From Bacilli bacterium (GTDB lineage: Bacteria; Bacillota_I; Bacilli_A; RFN20; CAG-826): a DNA stretch of 59,109 nt. Shown here piece by piece: positions 9,562 through 19,679 of the stretch. Where the stretch lies: positions 1-59,109 of the forward strand of contig JAKSUY010000003.1 of assembly GCA_024408495.1 (NCBI GenBank), given 5' to 3'. Under the pieces are notes generated by a model. The model was not told where the DNA came from. It saw nothing but the letters and a program-made list of their open reading frames with translations, and ran no database searches. Numbering within the stretch: position 1 is the first letter of the stretch; each line of letters starts with the position of its first letter. A program made the position numbers and the translations under genes.

Positions 9562-10140
9562 ATGATTTATTATCATCTTTCAAGCGTTGATTCTACCAAT
9601 AATTATCTAAAAACTAATTATCATAAATTAAGAGATTGGACTATTTTAACTGCGGACTATCAAACGCATGGACGTGGACGATATGATAATCGTACTTGGA
9701 TAAGTAAGCGTGGTGATAATCTTTTATGTTCTATATTAATTAAAGACAAAAAGATAATTAATAAACACAACTGCCTTGTATTATTAGTAGGAATTACTAT
9801 TTATCGCTTATTAAATAAACTAGGGTTAAAAAACATTAAGATTAAACGCCCTAATGATATTTATGTCAATGGACATAAGATATGTGGCATCTTACTTGAA
9901 AGCATTTCAATAAGCGATGATATAAAAGCTTTAGTGATTGGGATTGGACTTAATCTTAATCAAGAAGTGTTCTCTAAAGAATTAAACGCAACTTCTTATT
10001 ATTTAGAGGCTAAGAAGAAGATTGATAAGAGCAAAGTATTAAAGCTATTAATTAAAACGCTCAAAGAAGAATTGAAAAAGATAAAGCCTAATTATCAAGA
10101 AATATTATTGAAACAATATAAGAAAGATATTATTGAATAA
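9562..10140 (+). CDS. birA: Biotin-protein ligase, short monofunctional form
   Basis: DSTN, QTHGRGR, K(R)PND, KICGIL, GIGLN motifs; no N-terminal HTH. Confidence 0.9.
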   Translation: MIYYHLSSVDSTNNYLKTNYHKLRDWTILTADYQTHGRGRYDNRTWISKRGDNLLCSILIKDKKIINKHNCLVLLVGITIYRLLNKLGLKNIKIKRPNDIYVNGHKICGILLESISISDDIKALVIGIGLNLNQEVFSKELNATSYYLEAKKKIDKSKVLKLLIKTLKEELKKIKPNYQEILLKQYKKDIIE

Positions 10141-11658
10141 TTATTCGTGATATTCAGATTTAGTATTTACTTTCCAAATATCTTCTTTCTTAATGTCACC
10201 TTTAATCGCTTCAACACATTTGATTGCAGTTAGCATTGAATGATCCATATTGTTATAACGATGTTGCCCGTTTCGCCCGATGCAATAAAGATTATCAATC
10301 GAATTAAGGTAGCTGACCAACTTATCAATATCTTTATAAGAATCAAAATAGGCTGGATAAGCTTTTAACACTCGATTAATAGTCGAATCAATAACTTGAT
10401 TCTTATCAATTAGTCCGATTGTGCATGCTTCATTAATCGCTAAGTCAATAATAGCCTTATCAGACATCTGCCATAACTTGTCGCCTTCGTTAGCGAAATA
10501 CTCTAATCCAATTAAAGTCGTATTCTCATTATCCTTCACTAAATAAGGTGACCAGTTATTAAGGACTTGGATACGCCCTAATTGAACATTTCCTTGTTGC
10601 ACATATATCCATGTATCACGAATCCTATTATTGATAGTTTTGATTTTACTTTCATTATGAATCTTTAAATCTTTCATTAATAGACCTACACCAATAAAAT
10701 CACGATATGGTAAATGATTAGCAATATCGTATATTTCCTTACTAGGTATATTACCTTTAATTGCATTAATTAAATCCTTAAGTGGCATAGATGAAATAAT
10801 GTAGTCTGCTTTAAGCTCTTCTTTATGATTAATTTCTATTGAGGTTATTTTGTTATCCTCTATGGTAATTCCAGTAACACAAAAATTTTGATGAAGAATC
10901 GCTCCGTTATTCACGCACCATTTAGCGATTGCCTCATACATACTACCTACCCCATATTTAGGATAAGCAAAAGATTTAATTAACGATGCTTCTTCGTTTT
11001 GCTTCTTTTTAAATACACTACCAATTGCTTTAGTTAAAGATAACCCTTTCACTCTTTGTTTGCCCCATGAAGCATCAATTTCGCTAGGATTACGACCCCA
11101 TACTTTAGTGGTGTAATCTTTAAAGAAACTCTTGTATAAAAAAGAGCCAAAATGATTAATATAAAAATTCTCTAGATTATTTTCCTCTTTCTTAATAAAT
11201 CTACTTTTTATATAACTAAATCCAGCCTTTATGGTTTTATTAAAGCCTAGATTCTTAAACGTTCTCCATTTCATTGATAAAGGATAATCAAAGAATTTAT
11301 CTAGATAATAAATATGCGAAACACGAGAGCGCATTAAAAATACATTATCTATCTTTTCTGGATCAGGTCCGCCTATAGTTAATTTAGTAGATCTACCAAC
11401 CATCTTTTCTTCTAATGTAGGTTGACCTTGAAAAGGCATAAATTTCTGCCATATATCATTGATTACTTTATCTTTAGAAAAGAAACGATGCCCGCCTAAA
11501 TCAATGATATTACCATTAAAGCGTACGCTTCGAGAAATACCACCTATATAAGATGAAGCTTCAATGATAATAGGTTTAATATCGGTTTTAGTTAATAATT
11601 CATATGCAGCGGTTACTCCTGCAGGCCCAGCACCAATAATAATCGCTGTCTTTGCCAT
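10141..11658 (-). CDS. NAD(P)/FAD-dependent oxidoreductase (UDP-galactopyranose mutase-like / PRK07208-type)
   Basis: [38 protein letters not shown] motifs. Confidence 0.8.
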   Translation of the reverse strand: MAKTAIIIGAGPAGVTAAYELLTKTDIKPIIIEASSYIGGISRSVRFNGNIIDLGGHRFFSKDKVINDIWQKFMPFQGQPTLEEKMVGRSTKLTIGGPDPEKIDNVFLMRSRVSHIYYLDKFFDYPLSMKWRTFKNLGFNKTIKAGFSYIKSRFIKKEENNLENFYINHFGSFLYKSFFKDYTTKVWGRNPSEIDASWGKQRVKGLSLTKAIGSVFKKKQNEEASLIKSFAYPKYGVGSMYEAIAKWCVNNGAILHQNFCVTGITIEDNKITSIEINHKEELKADYIISSMPLKDLINAIKGNIPSKEIYDIANHLPYRDFIGVGLLMKDLKIHNESKIKTINNRIRDTWIYVQQGNVQLGRIQVLNNWSPYLVKDNENTTLIGLEYFANEGDKLWQMSDKAIIDLAINEACTIGLIDKNQVIDSTINRVLKAYPAYFDSYKDIDKLVSYLNSIDNLYCIGRNGQHRYNNMDHSMLTAIKCVEAIKGDIKKEDIWKVNTKSEYHE

Positions 11659-11668
11659 AATATAATCC

Positions 11669-12559
11669 TTATTTGTGAGCGTATCGGCTAAGCTTATCTG
11701 AATTAGCCTTTTCGCTCATCAAAGTTAGATTAGCAAGCTTATTGCCAAAGCTAATCGCTTCATGAAAATCTTTACCAAGCATTATATGGTCAATAATACC
11801 ACTCATCAAAGCATCACCGCATCCAGTAGTATTCGCAATCTTTTTAAATTGAGTAACCGAATAATGGTAGATATCTTTTTTATTTAAACCATAATAGACA
11901 TCTTTACGCGAATTACTCACCACTACATTCTTTAAGCCTTTTTTAAATATAGCTTTAATTAAAGGTTCTTTTTCTAATTTTTGATTATTCACTAATGCCC
12001 GTGCTTCGTAAATGTTTAATTTCATTAAATAAATCTTGTCTAATACATTTAGGAAACGTGGAACAAACTCCGGAGCAATTGGATCACAGAAGATTTTCTT
12101 ATGTGAGAAATGTTTACAAATATATTCAGTAGTCTCTTGCGTTACATTACCATCGATAAAAATAAAGTCATGTTGATTAATAATATTGCCAATCATTTTA
12201 ATATAACTAGGGGTTACATCTTTAATTGCGCGATTATCAAATATCGCTATTTCCATATCGTGGTTACTATCATTAATCGCTACATAAGTTGAAGTAGGAT
12301 ATTTAGTAGGTACATCTACTACTTTAACTTTTAAACTAGCGTAATGTTTCTTTAAACTATCCGCCATTTCGCCTTTACCTAAAGCAGTCACAACCGTTAC
12401 TTTATTACCTAATTTAGATAAATTATGCGCAACATTACGAGTAACGCCGCCAAAAGCTACAGCTAACTTACCAGAATTAGAAACTTTATATTCAAGCGGT
12501 TGATCGCTAGTTGCAATATAATCAACCGCTGAGCTACCAAATAAAATTATTTTCTTCAT
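11669..12559 (-). CDS. psuK: PfkB-family pseudouridine kinase
   Basis: [11 protein letters not shown] and NTTGCGDA PfkB signatures; ATGA overlap with the psuG stop (start moved to 12559). Confidence 0.8.
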   Translation of the reverse strand: MKKIILFGSSAVDYIATSDQPLEYKVSNSGKLAVAFGGVTRNVAHNLSKLGNKVTVVTALGKGEMADSLKKHYASLKVKVVDVPTKYPTSTYVAINDSNHDMEIAIFDNRAIKDVTPSYIKMIGNIINQHDFIFIDGNVTQETTEYICKHFSHKKIFCDPIAPEFVPRFLNVLDKIYLMKLNIYEARALVNNQKLEKEPLIKAIFKKGLKNVVVSNSRKDVYYGLNKKDIYHYSVTQFKKIANTTGCGDALMSGIIDHIMLGKDFHEAISFGNKLANLTLMSEKANSDKLSRYAHK

Positions 12560-13461
12560 TTCTTTAATGCGCAATAAGCTTTAGCGATTTGCGCTCCAAG
12601 TTTAGCGTTGTTTAATACTAATTGAATATTGGTATCTAACGAATCACCTTTAGTGAGTTCAACAATTCTTGCCAATAAGAAAGGCGTCTCATCTTTACCT
12701 TTGATGCCTTTCTTTTCCATTTCGGCTTGCGCTTGTTTAATTGCTTTATTAATTACTTTTTCGTCCATTGCATATTTTTGCGGAATTGGATTAGTCACTA
12801 AAATACCACCGTCTAGTTTATATGCTCTTTTCATTTTATGAATCTTAGCGATATCAAGCGGAGTCTTAGCGTTATAATCAACTTTAAATTTACTAGTTCT
12901 AGTATAGAAGGCAGGCAAACATTCAGTATTATAACCAATTACTGGTACACCTTTGCTTTCTAATAATTCTAACGTTACTGGTAAATCTAAAATTGCTTTC
13001 GGTCCTGCGCAAATAACCGTGACATTAGTTTTCGCAAGTTCGTCTAAATCAGCACTAATATCAAAAGTATGTTGAACACCTTTCTGCGCTCCGCCAATAC
13101 CGCCTGTTACAAAGAATTCAATTCCCGCTAATGCAGCAAATATCATCGTTGCGCTAACCGTAGTTGCACCCCATTTCTTCATCGCTGTGATATAAGGGAT
13201 ATCTCTACGAGATACTTTAGCGATTCCTTTAGTCTTACCGAATTTTTCAATTTCACTTGGAGTCATTCCTACAATTGGTTCACCATTAATAATTCCAACC
13301 GTAGCAGGAACCGCTCCATTCTCACGAATTACCTTCTCCACCATTAATGCACATTTAACATTTTTTGGATAAGGCATCCCGTGCGAAATAATCGTCGACT
13401 CTAATGCGACTACTGGTTTATGCGCCTTAAGAGCTTTGATTACTTCTGGATTAATTTTCAT
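12556..13461 (-). CDS. psuG: Pseudouridine-5'-phosphate glycosidase
   Basis: VALESTIISHGMPYP, SRRD, ATTVS, TGGIGG, DISADL, TPFLL motifs; start moved to ATG 13461 just after the yebC stop. Confidence 0.95.
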   Translation of the reverse strand: MKINPEVIKALKAHKPVVALESTIISHGMPYPKNVKCALMVEKVIRENGAVPATVGIINGEPIVGMTPSEIEKFGKTKGIAKVSRRDIPYITAMKKWGATTVSATMIFAALAGIEFFVTGGIGGAQKGVQHTFDISADLDELAKTNVTVICAGPKAILDLPVTLELLESKGVPVIGYNTECLPAFYTRTSKFKVDYNAKTPLDIAKIHKMKRAYKLDGGILVTNPIPQKYAMDEKVINKAIKQAQAEMEKKGIKGKDETPFLLARIVELTKGDSLDTNIQLVLNNAKLGAQIAKAYCALKK

Positions 13462-13462
13462 T

Positions 13463-14170
13463 TTATAACTCCACGTTATGATAGACTTCTTGAACATCCG
13501 TTACTTCATCTAACGCATCAAGGATTTGATTAATCTTATCTTTGGCTTCAGGATCGGTAACTTGAATTAATTCATTCGCAATCATTTGAATTGCAGAAAT
13601 ATCGAATTCAGTAATATTAAGAGTCTTTAACACTTCTTTAGCTTTATTTAAGAAGGTCGGATTCACTAATACTTCAATTATTCCGCTATCTTCACTAACT
13701 TCTCTAACATCGACATCACCTAAAATTAATGCTTCTTCAACTTTATCTTTGCCTGTACCTTTAAAAACTAAAACACCTTGTTCGGTAAAATTATAAGACA
13801 CCGCGCCCATACGTCCACCACGTTTAGTAAACACGGTTCTAACATCTGTTAAAGCGCGATTAACATTATCAGTTAAAGTATCAACAATAAATAAACTCCC
13901 AGCTGGTCCAAAGAATTCATAGCGACCAGCTTCATATTGTTCTCCGCTTCCACCTTTTGCTTTTTGAATCGCTCTTTCAATAACATCCTTAGTGACTTGT
14001 TGTGATTTCCATTTTTCAATCGCACTTCTAAGTGCTAGATTAGCATTAGGATCAGGAACTCCTGATTTAGCTGCCATATAAATTTCTTTACTGGCTCTCA
14101 TAAATAACGCGCTTCTTTTCGCAGCGGTTGCGGCCATAGATTTGGCTCTTACTTCATGTGCTCTTCCCAT
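13463..14170 (-). CDS. yebC: YebC/PmpR (TACO1) family protein
   Basis: MGRAHEVR, PDPNANLAL, TDNVNR, DVQEVYHN motifs. Confidence 0.93.
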   Translation of the reverse strand: MGRAHEVRAKSMAATAAKRSALFMRASKEIYMAAKSGVPDPNANLALRSAIEKWKSQQVTKDVIERAIQKAKGGSGEQYEAGRYEFFGPAGSLFIVDTLTDNVNRALTDVRTVFTKRGGRMGAVSYNFTEQGVLVFKGTGKDKVEEALILGDVDVREVSEDSGIIEVLVNPTFLNKAKEVLKTLNITEFDISAIQMIANELIQVTDPEAKDKINQILDALDEVTDVQEVYHNVEL

Positions 14171-14185
14171 AATTACTCCTACGCA

Positions 14186-14998
14186 CTATATTTTATTCTT
14201 TTTGTCCTTTAAGGACAAATTATATATTGGCTCTACACCAGTTGCATTCACAATATGTTCCACAGCTTCCAATCCAGGATATAGAACATCAATCGGTCGA
14301 TGTGAATCAAATCCAATCACTACTCTAGCCTTGGTTTTGGCAACCATTTCCCAAAATGGAGTAAATGGGTATTCATAATAAGAATACGTACCAGCGAAAT
14401 GTCTCATACCATATACTCGAACGTGCCCTAAATTGATTTCTAAAGGAATATCGTATTTAACCGCTGCGTCAATAATTTTTTGCGCGCAGTCTTTAGTTAA
14501 ATTATCCCACTTACCAGTAACGCACATAAATAAATCTGGATGAGCAACATATAAAAATAATCCAGATTTCATCCCAGCGATTAGATGTTCGGTATATTCT
14601 AATAGACCAGTCACACCATGTAAGTGATACCAAATTACTTCGCCTCTTTTAAAATAACAGTGTTGACCTAAGATTAAATAATCAACCTTTTTTTCTTCTA
14701 ATAATGAACGATAATAATCTTCGTATTGAGGCATATATTCACATTCAAACGCAGTATAGATATTTATTTGATTTTTATATTTATTCTTTAGATTTTTAAT
14801 TGAATTAAGATAATCATCTAATAGATAATAAGCCCCTCGCATTCCAGACTGAATCACATTTGGCAAAATAACATGATCAGAAACACCATAATCCTTTAAA
14901 CCGGCTTCAATCGCTTTTTTAATATATTCTTCATCTTCGCCAGAAGCATGACCACAGCGTTTAGTATGTGAATGATAACAGTATGTTATTTTATTCAT
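14186..14998 (-). CDS. PHP-domain phosphatase (HisJ-like)
   Basis: YHSHT..CGHA, SDH, LGQH, AHPD, EIN, DSH metal-binding motifs. Confidence 0.85.
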   Translation of the reverse strand: MNKITYCYHSHTKRCGHASGEDEEYIKKAIEAGLKDYGVSDHVILPNVIQSGMRGAYYLLDDYLNSIKNLKNKYKNQINIYTAFECEYMPQYEDYYRSLLEEKKVDYLILGQHCYFKRGEVIWYHLHGVTGLLEYTEHLIAGMKSGLFLYVAHPDLFMCVTGKWDNLTKDCAQKIIDAAVKYDIPLEINLGHVRVYGMRHFAGTYSYYEYPFTPFWEMVAKTKARVVIGFDSHRPIDVLYPGLEAVEHIVNATGVEPIYNLSLKDKKNKI

Positions 14999-15722
14999 AA
15001 AATACCTTATTTAAGTATAAACCTTCTGCTGGTGCCTTGTGATTAGTGATGTGTCTAGGACTATTAAATAAACGTTTTAAATCATTTAACTTTTGTTTCC
15101 CGGTCGCTACCAATATCATTTCCGCAACAATATCTCTAACCATATAACGCATAAAAGCATTACCCGTAAGAGAGATTAGTATCTCATCTTTCTTTTTACT
15201 AATCTTAATTGAATAAATCGTTCTAATAAAATCTTTATCATCTCGTTCTTTACTCGTTAAGTTTTGGAAATTATGTTTACCAATAAAAAACTTACTAGCA
15301 TCCTTAAGTAATTTTAGATTAATTTTATCTTTAACTAAATAATGCGTTCTAGCGTAAAATGGCAATTCTCTACCTGTATAGATTTTATAAATATACTCTT
15401 TTTTCTTAGCAGAGAATCTCGCGTGAAAATCTTTATCCACTTCTTTTAGTGATTTAATTTTGATATCGATTGGTAAAAGACGATTAAGCGCATACACTAA
15501 ATGATTAATATCCTTAATCTGTTTCTTAGTATCAAAATGAAATGGCTGAGCGTAAGCATGAACGCCTTTATCGGTTCTACCTGATCCGGTAATATTAATT
15601 TTTTCGTTTAAAATATGCGATAAGATTTTTTCAATTTTATCTTCAATCGTATTATGTGATGGCTGACTTTGCCATCCATCATAATTCATCCCAAAATAAC
15701 TAACAATTCCTAGATAACGCAT
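14991..15722 (-). CDS. truA: tRNA pseudouridine(38-40) synthase
   Basis: GWQSQP, GSGRTDKGVHA, FHARF, APAEGLYL. Confidence 0.96.
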   Translation of the reverse strand: MRYLGIVSYFGMNYDGWQSQPSHNTIEDKIEKILSHILNEKINITGSGRTDKGVHAYAQPFHFDTKKQIKDINHLVYALNRLLPIDIKIKSLKEVDKDFHARFSAKKKEYIYKIYTGRELPFYARTHYLVKDKINLKLLKDASKFFIGKHNFQNLTSKERDDKDFIRTIYSIKISKKKDEILISLTGNAFMRYMVRDIVAEMILVATGKQKLNDLKRLFNSPRHITNHKAPAEGLYLNKVFYE

Positions 15723-15723
15723 A

Positions 15724-17010
15724 TTAATCCTTTAAACATCCAATAGGTATTACAAAGACATTGTCCTTAGTTTTATAACCATATTTAGACCCTGTAACAA
15801 CCATTTTAAGTGTTGGTAAATCCAATTTCTTTTTTGTTTCTTTTTTGTTGTAAGTTTTAATTAATTGCTCAACTTTGTTAAGATGCCTAATTCCTTCATC
15901 GATTTCATCATCTCCTAATTTAATTTCAATTAATGCATAACGACCATCGTTTAAAAATAATACTGCATCTACTTCTAAATCATACCGATCGTGGTAATAA
16001 CATATTTCTCCACCAAATTTAGAGGAATACACTCTTAAATCTCGTATACATAAAGTTTCGAAAATAAAACCGAATGTCTTCAAATCGTACAGAAGACTTT
16101 TAGGGGTTGCTTTTAAAGCGGCAACAGCAATAGATGGGTCAACGAATTCTATTTTTTTGCCACTGCGCATTGCTGTAGCCGACCTAATCATCGGACACCA
16201 CCCTTCTAAATTTTTAACTATGTATAATCTATCTAAGACATCAATATAATCGTATAAAGTTACTTTTGATATTTTATTGGTAGAAGCAACATCTGCCAAT
16301 ATAGTTTCTAGACTCGCTAGTGTTGATATATTACGAGCATAAGAACGCAAAATCGCTCTCATTGTTTTGGCATTACGTTTTATTTGATCGACATTATACA
16401 TATCACTTGTGTAAATTTGCTTATAATAATCTTTCGCTACTTCCAACTGATCAGTCTTGTTTGCTATTAACAAACTTTTTGGCCAACCACCCCGGCACGC
16501 AAGAAATATTAGATCTTCTAAAGATAGTGAAGATGTAAAACGTTTTGGATCGATTTTTTTATCATTAAATAAGTCGATAAGCGATACATGTCCATTCGAT
16601 TCACCGCTTTCGTATAGACTCATTGGGTACATCAAAATTTTAGAAATGCGCCCTGTCCCAGTATGGCGAGTAGTAACTTTACGTGATGTAGAACCAGTTA
16701 AAATAAAATTTCCAAAATTAGAAGAATTGTCGCAATAATTCCTTACTGCATCATAAATATTTGGAGCATCCTGCCATTCATCAATTAGACGTGGCTTGTC
16801 TCCTTCAAGTAAAACTCCTGGATTAAATCTAGTTAATTTAATTAGATTTTCAACATCGAATGTCTCTTGAAATTTGATTTCGCTTTTTGAATGATGTTCT
16901 CCAGTTGTGGTTTTGCCACACCATTTAGGACCAATTATTTGCAATGCACCAAAAATACTTAATTTTTTGTCGATTTCTTGATCAACGATTCTATTAATGT
17001 ATTTTTTCAT
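15724..17010 (-). CDS. AAA+ ATPase with C-terminal DUF4143 / PD-(D/E)XK-like domain
   Basis: Walker A GPKWCGKTT, Walker B LIDEWQ, ILTGS, GGWP, FETL and EVD...IEIK motifs. Confidence 0.88.
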   Translation of the reverse strand: MKKYINRIVDQEIDKKLSIFGALQIIGPKWCGKTTTGEHHSKSEIKFQETFDVENLIKLTRFNPGVLLEGDKPRLIDEWQDAPNIYDAVRNYCDNSSNFGNFILTGSTSRKVTTRHTGTGRISKILMYPMSLYESGESNGHVSLIDLFNDKKIDPKRFTSSLSLEDLIFLACRGGWPKSLLIANKTDQLEVAKDYYKQIYTSDMYNVDQIKRNAKTMRAILRSYARNISTLASLETILADVASTNKISKVTLYDYIDVLDRLYIVKNLEGWCPMIRSATAMRSGKKIEFVDPSIAVAALKATPKSLLYDLKTFGFIFETLCIRDLRVYSSKFGGEICYYHDRYDLEVDAVLFLNDGRYALIEIKLGDDEIDEGIRHLNKVEQLIKTYNKKETKKKLDLPTLKMVVTGSKYGYKTKDNVFVIPIGCLKD

Positions 17011-17016
17011 ATTAAC

Positions 17017-17045
17017 ATTTTATGTTAAATTTTGTTGTTAGTCAA
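17017..17045 (-). promoter_or_regulatory. Sigma-A promoter of the AAA ATPase gene (probably leaderless)
   Basis: TTGACT (17045-17040), 17-nt spacer, TAAAAT (17022-17017), then 6 nt to the ATG; no SD. Confidence 0.7.
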
Positions 17046-17111
17046 TTTTACTTTACTATTTTGCGCTTTTTTACTTTACTATTTTGCGGTTGTTTGCTTT
17101 ACTATTTTGTT
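17046..17111. repeat. Three direct repeats with 23-bp period
   Basis: CTTTACTATTTTG at 17051, 17074 and 17097; the first two copies share 20 identical bp (TTTTACTTTACTATTTTGCG). Confidence 0.95.
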
Positions 17112-17967
17112 ACCATACAAACGGAAATGCTTGCTTAATAAAATCAAGGTTCATTGCGGTGAATGTAATGAACATACTCATATATAAAACAATTAAAACA
17201 ACGGCGATAGTATCATTAACGCTCCAATGAAGTTTACGGTACTGTGTGCGCTTCGCTTTTGGATTATAACCTCTAGCCTCTAATGCAAATGCTAAATCGT
17301 CACTCATTGAAAAACTAGAAACAAATAACGGAATGATTAAAGAAATGATTCCTTTAAATTTTTCTTTAATATTCCCTCTCTTAAAATCAATACCTCTACT
17401 TGATTGAGCTTTATAAATACGATTCGTCTCTTCTAGTAACGTAGGAATAAAACGCAGAGCAATTGAAACAGTCATCGCTACTTCCTCAGAGGGAAACCTA
17501 ATTTTCTTTAATGGACGTAAAAAGAATGCAAATCCATCAGTTAATTCTTGTGGGGTAGTAGTAGAGGTTAATATCATAGCTATTCCAAACATTTCAAGTA
17601 AACGTAGAATAATCTTCCCAGATTGTAAAAACGATTCAGCATATAGTTTAAAATTACCGCTTTCCGCAATCACATGAATGCTTCCGACCGGCGGGACAAA
17701 GATATTGATAAACATTAATATCAGTATTAATAACCATAAGCTTCTTAATTGATAAAGTAAGTCGCGTAAACGTACTTTACTGATTAGCATCAATGCGAAT
17801 ATTACAATTGCATTAATGCCACTTAAGACAAACATCATGGTCCAACTACCATAAGATAGGAAAACGGATACCATTAACATAATCATGCCTAAAATCTTCA
17901 TTCTGGGATCTAGGCGATGGATGATTGTGTTATAAGGAACGTATTTACCTAAGATATATTTATCCAT
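17110..17967 (-). CDS. ecfT: ECF transporter transmembrane T component
   Basis: HRLDPR.K, LTSTT, ALRFIP, AQSSRG, ALEARGY. Confidence 0.95.
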   Translation of the reverse strand: MDKYILGKYVPYNTIIHRLDPRMKILGMIMLMVSVFLSYGSWTMMFVLSGINAIVIFALMLISKVRLRDLLYQLRSLWLLILILMFINIFVPPVGSIHVIAESGNFKLYAESFLQSGKIILRLLEMFGIAMILTSTTTPQELTDGFAFFLRPLKKIRFPSEEVAMTVSIALRFIPTLLEETNRIYKAQSSRGIDFKRGNIKEKFKGIISLIIPLFVSSFSMSDDLAFALEARGYNPKAKRTQYRKLHWSVNDTIAVVLIVLYMSMFITFTAMNLDFIKQAFPFVW

Positions 17968-18805
17968 GGTGTTTTAGCTCCTTAATTAAAGAAGGAATAT
18001 CACATACATCATGAGTAATGTTTTTGCCTAACGCTCTTAATTCATGAATAATTTGATAAATATTAGGAGTTTCTAAATTATATTGTTCTACATCCTCTTG
18101 AAGAATATCTTTAGGCGCACCAATCTTTTGAATCTTGCCGTCATCAATTACTATCATCTTATCAGCATAATCTAAAACTACATCCATATCGTGAGTCACT
18201 AAAATAATTGCGACTCCAGTTTCATGAATCTTTTTAAATAGATCCATAATTTCTTTTTTACCCTTAGCATCAAGTCCTGCAGTAGGTTCATCTAAGATTA
18301 ATAATTTAGGTTGATACGCTAATACGCCAGCAATCGCGACTCTCTTCTTTTCTCCACCGCTTAAATCAAACGGAGAACGATTATAGCATGATTCATCAAG
18401 GCCTACTAAATTAAGGGCTTTAATTGCTAATTCTTCCGGATTCTTATTCTTTGGATAAAAGCTTTGAACCCCAAACATCACATCTTTTAAAACCGTTTCT
18501 TCGAATAATTGATTTTCCGAAAACTGAAATAAGAAACCTATTTCTTTTCTAAATTCTTTAATCGCTTTACCTTTGATTTTTACTTTAGGAGCGTTCACTA
18601 AATTATTAATATGAACTTCTCCATTAGTAGGAGTTAACAATTTATTAATTAATTCAGTTAAAGTAGATTTACCCGAACCAGTCCTTCCTACAATCGCAGT
18701 GATGTTATTCTCATTTAAATCTAAATTAATATCAGTTAAAGCATTCACGCTAAATGGCGAATTAACATTGTAGGTAAAGAAAACATGGTCAAACTTTATT
18801 TGCAT
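17960..18805 (-). CDS. ecfA2: ECF transporter ATPase A2
   Basis: GRTGSGKS, FQFSENQLFEETV, SPFDLSGG, LDEPTAGLD. Confidence 0.93.
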   Translation of the reverse strand: MQIKFDHVFFTYNVNSPFSVNALTDINLDLNENNITAIVGRTGSGKSTLTELINKLLTPTNGEVHINNLVNAPKVKIKGKAIKEFRKEIGFLFQFSENQLFEETVLKDVMFGVQSFYPKNKNPEELAIKALNLVGLDESCYNRSPFDLSGGEKKRVAIAGVLAYQPKLLILDEPTAGLDAKGKKEIMDLFKKIHETGVAIILVTHDMDVVLDYADKMIVIDDGKIQKIGAPKDILQEDVEQYNLETPNIYQIIHELRALGKNITHDVCDIPSLIKELKHHG

Positions 18806-19611
18806 ATTTTCTTCGCTAATGAGTGAAAATCGTAATCTACTTCACTAATTAAGCCCTCACTTAACAATGCTTGATTAAGCTTAACGATAAATGGAATATC
18901 TAATCCTAATTCTTTTAATTCAGCATCATGCTTAAATACATTAATAGGTGTGTCATTAAAGATAATCTTACCTTTTGATAAGACTACTACTTTATCACTA
19001 TTAAACGCTTCATCTAAATCATGGGTAATTCTAATAATCGTTAATGATGGATTATTCTTTTTAATATCTTTAATTAAATCACTAATCTCTTTTTTGCCTT
19101 TAGGATCAAGCATCGCTAATGCTTCATCAAAAACAATAATATCCGGTAGCATCGCTAAGATACCAGCTAAGGCTACTCTTTGCTTTTGACCTCCACTAAG
19201 TGATTCAGGTGCTTTATCCAAAAGTTGATTAACACCCATCTTAGATGAATATTCATTAATAATTGCATCCATCTTTTCGTGTGGAATACATTTATTCTCT
19301 AAACCAAAAGCAATATCATCACGAACCGTAACCCCGATAAATTGATTATCTGGGTTTTGAAAAACTATACCCGACTTGGCTCTAATTAAAGAATCGTTCT
19401 TGTTATCAATAATAGTTCCATTAAAAGATAAGGTTCCGCTTCTAGGCTTTAATAAAGAGATTAATATTTTGCCTAATGTAGATTTACCTGAACCATTATG
19501 CCCAATAATGGCAATATCTTCACCGGCATTAATAGTTAAATTAATGTCAGTTAAAACATTGACCTTTTTATTATATGAATAGCTAACGTTGTTTAATTTC
19601 AGTATTTCCAT
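18796..19611 (-). CDS. ecfA1: ECF transporter ATPase A1
   Basis: GHNGSGKS, FQNPDNQF, LSGGQKQR. Confidence 0.93.
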   Translation of the reverse strand: MEILKLNNVSYSYNKKVNVLTDINLTINAGEDIAIIGHNGSGKSTLGKILISLLKPRSGTLSFNGTIIDNKNDSLIRAKSGIVFQNPDNQFIGVTVRDDIAFGLENKCIPHEKMDAIINEYSSKMGVNQLLDKAPESLSGGQKQRVALAGILAMLPDIIVFDEALAMLDPKGKKEISDLIKDIKKNNPSLTIIRITHDLDEAFNSDKVVVLSKGKIIFNDTPINVFKHDAELKELGLDIPFIVKLNQALLSEGLISEVDYDFHSLAKKICK

Positions 19612-19679
19612 TCTTTAGCATTTCCTCTATTGGACAAAGAAGTAAGTTCCACGAGTAGCTCTATTGAGCGGGTAGTAGC

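Noticed and set aside
10135-10146. Palindrome GAATAATTATTC at the birA/oxidoreductase junction
   Set aside because: Explained by two convergent genes both ending GAA TAA with zero spacing; no sign of a separate function.
17046-17111. Direct repeats as a mini CRISPR array
   Set aside because: The period is only 23 bp with no spacer-sized unique sequence, and no cas genes are present.
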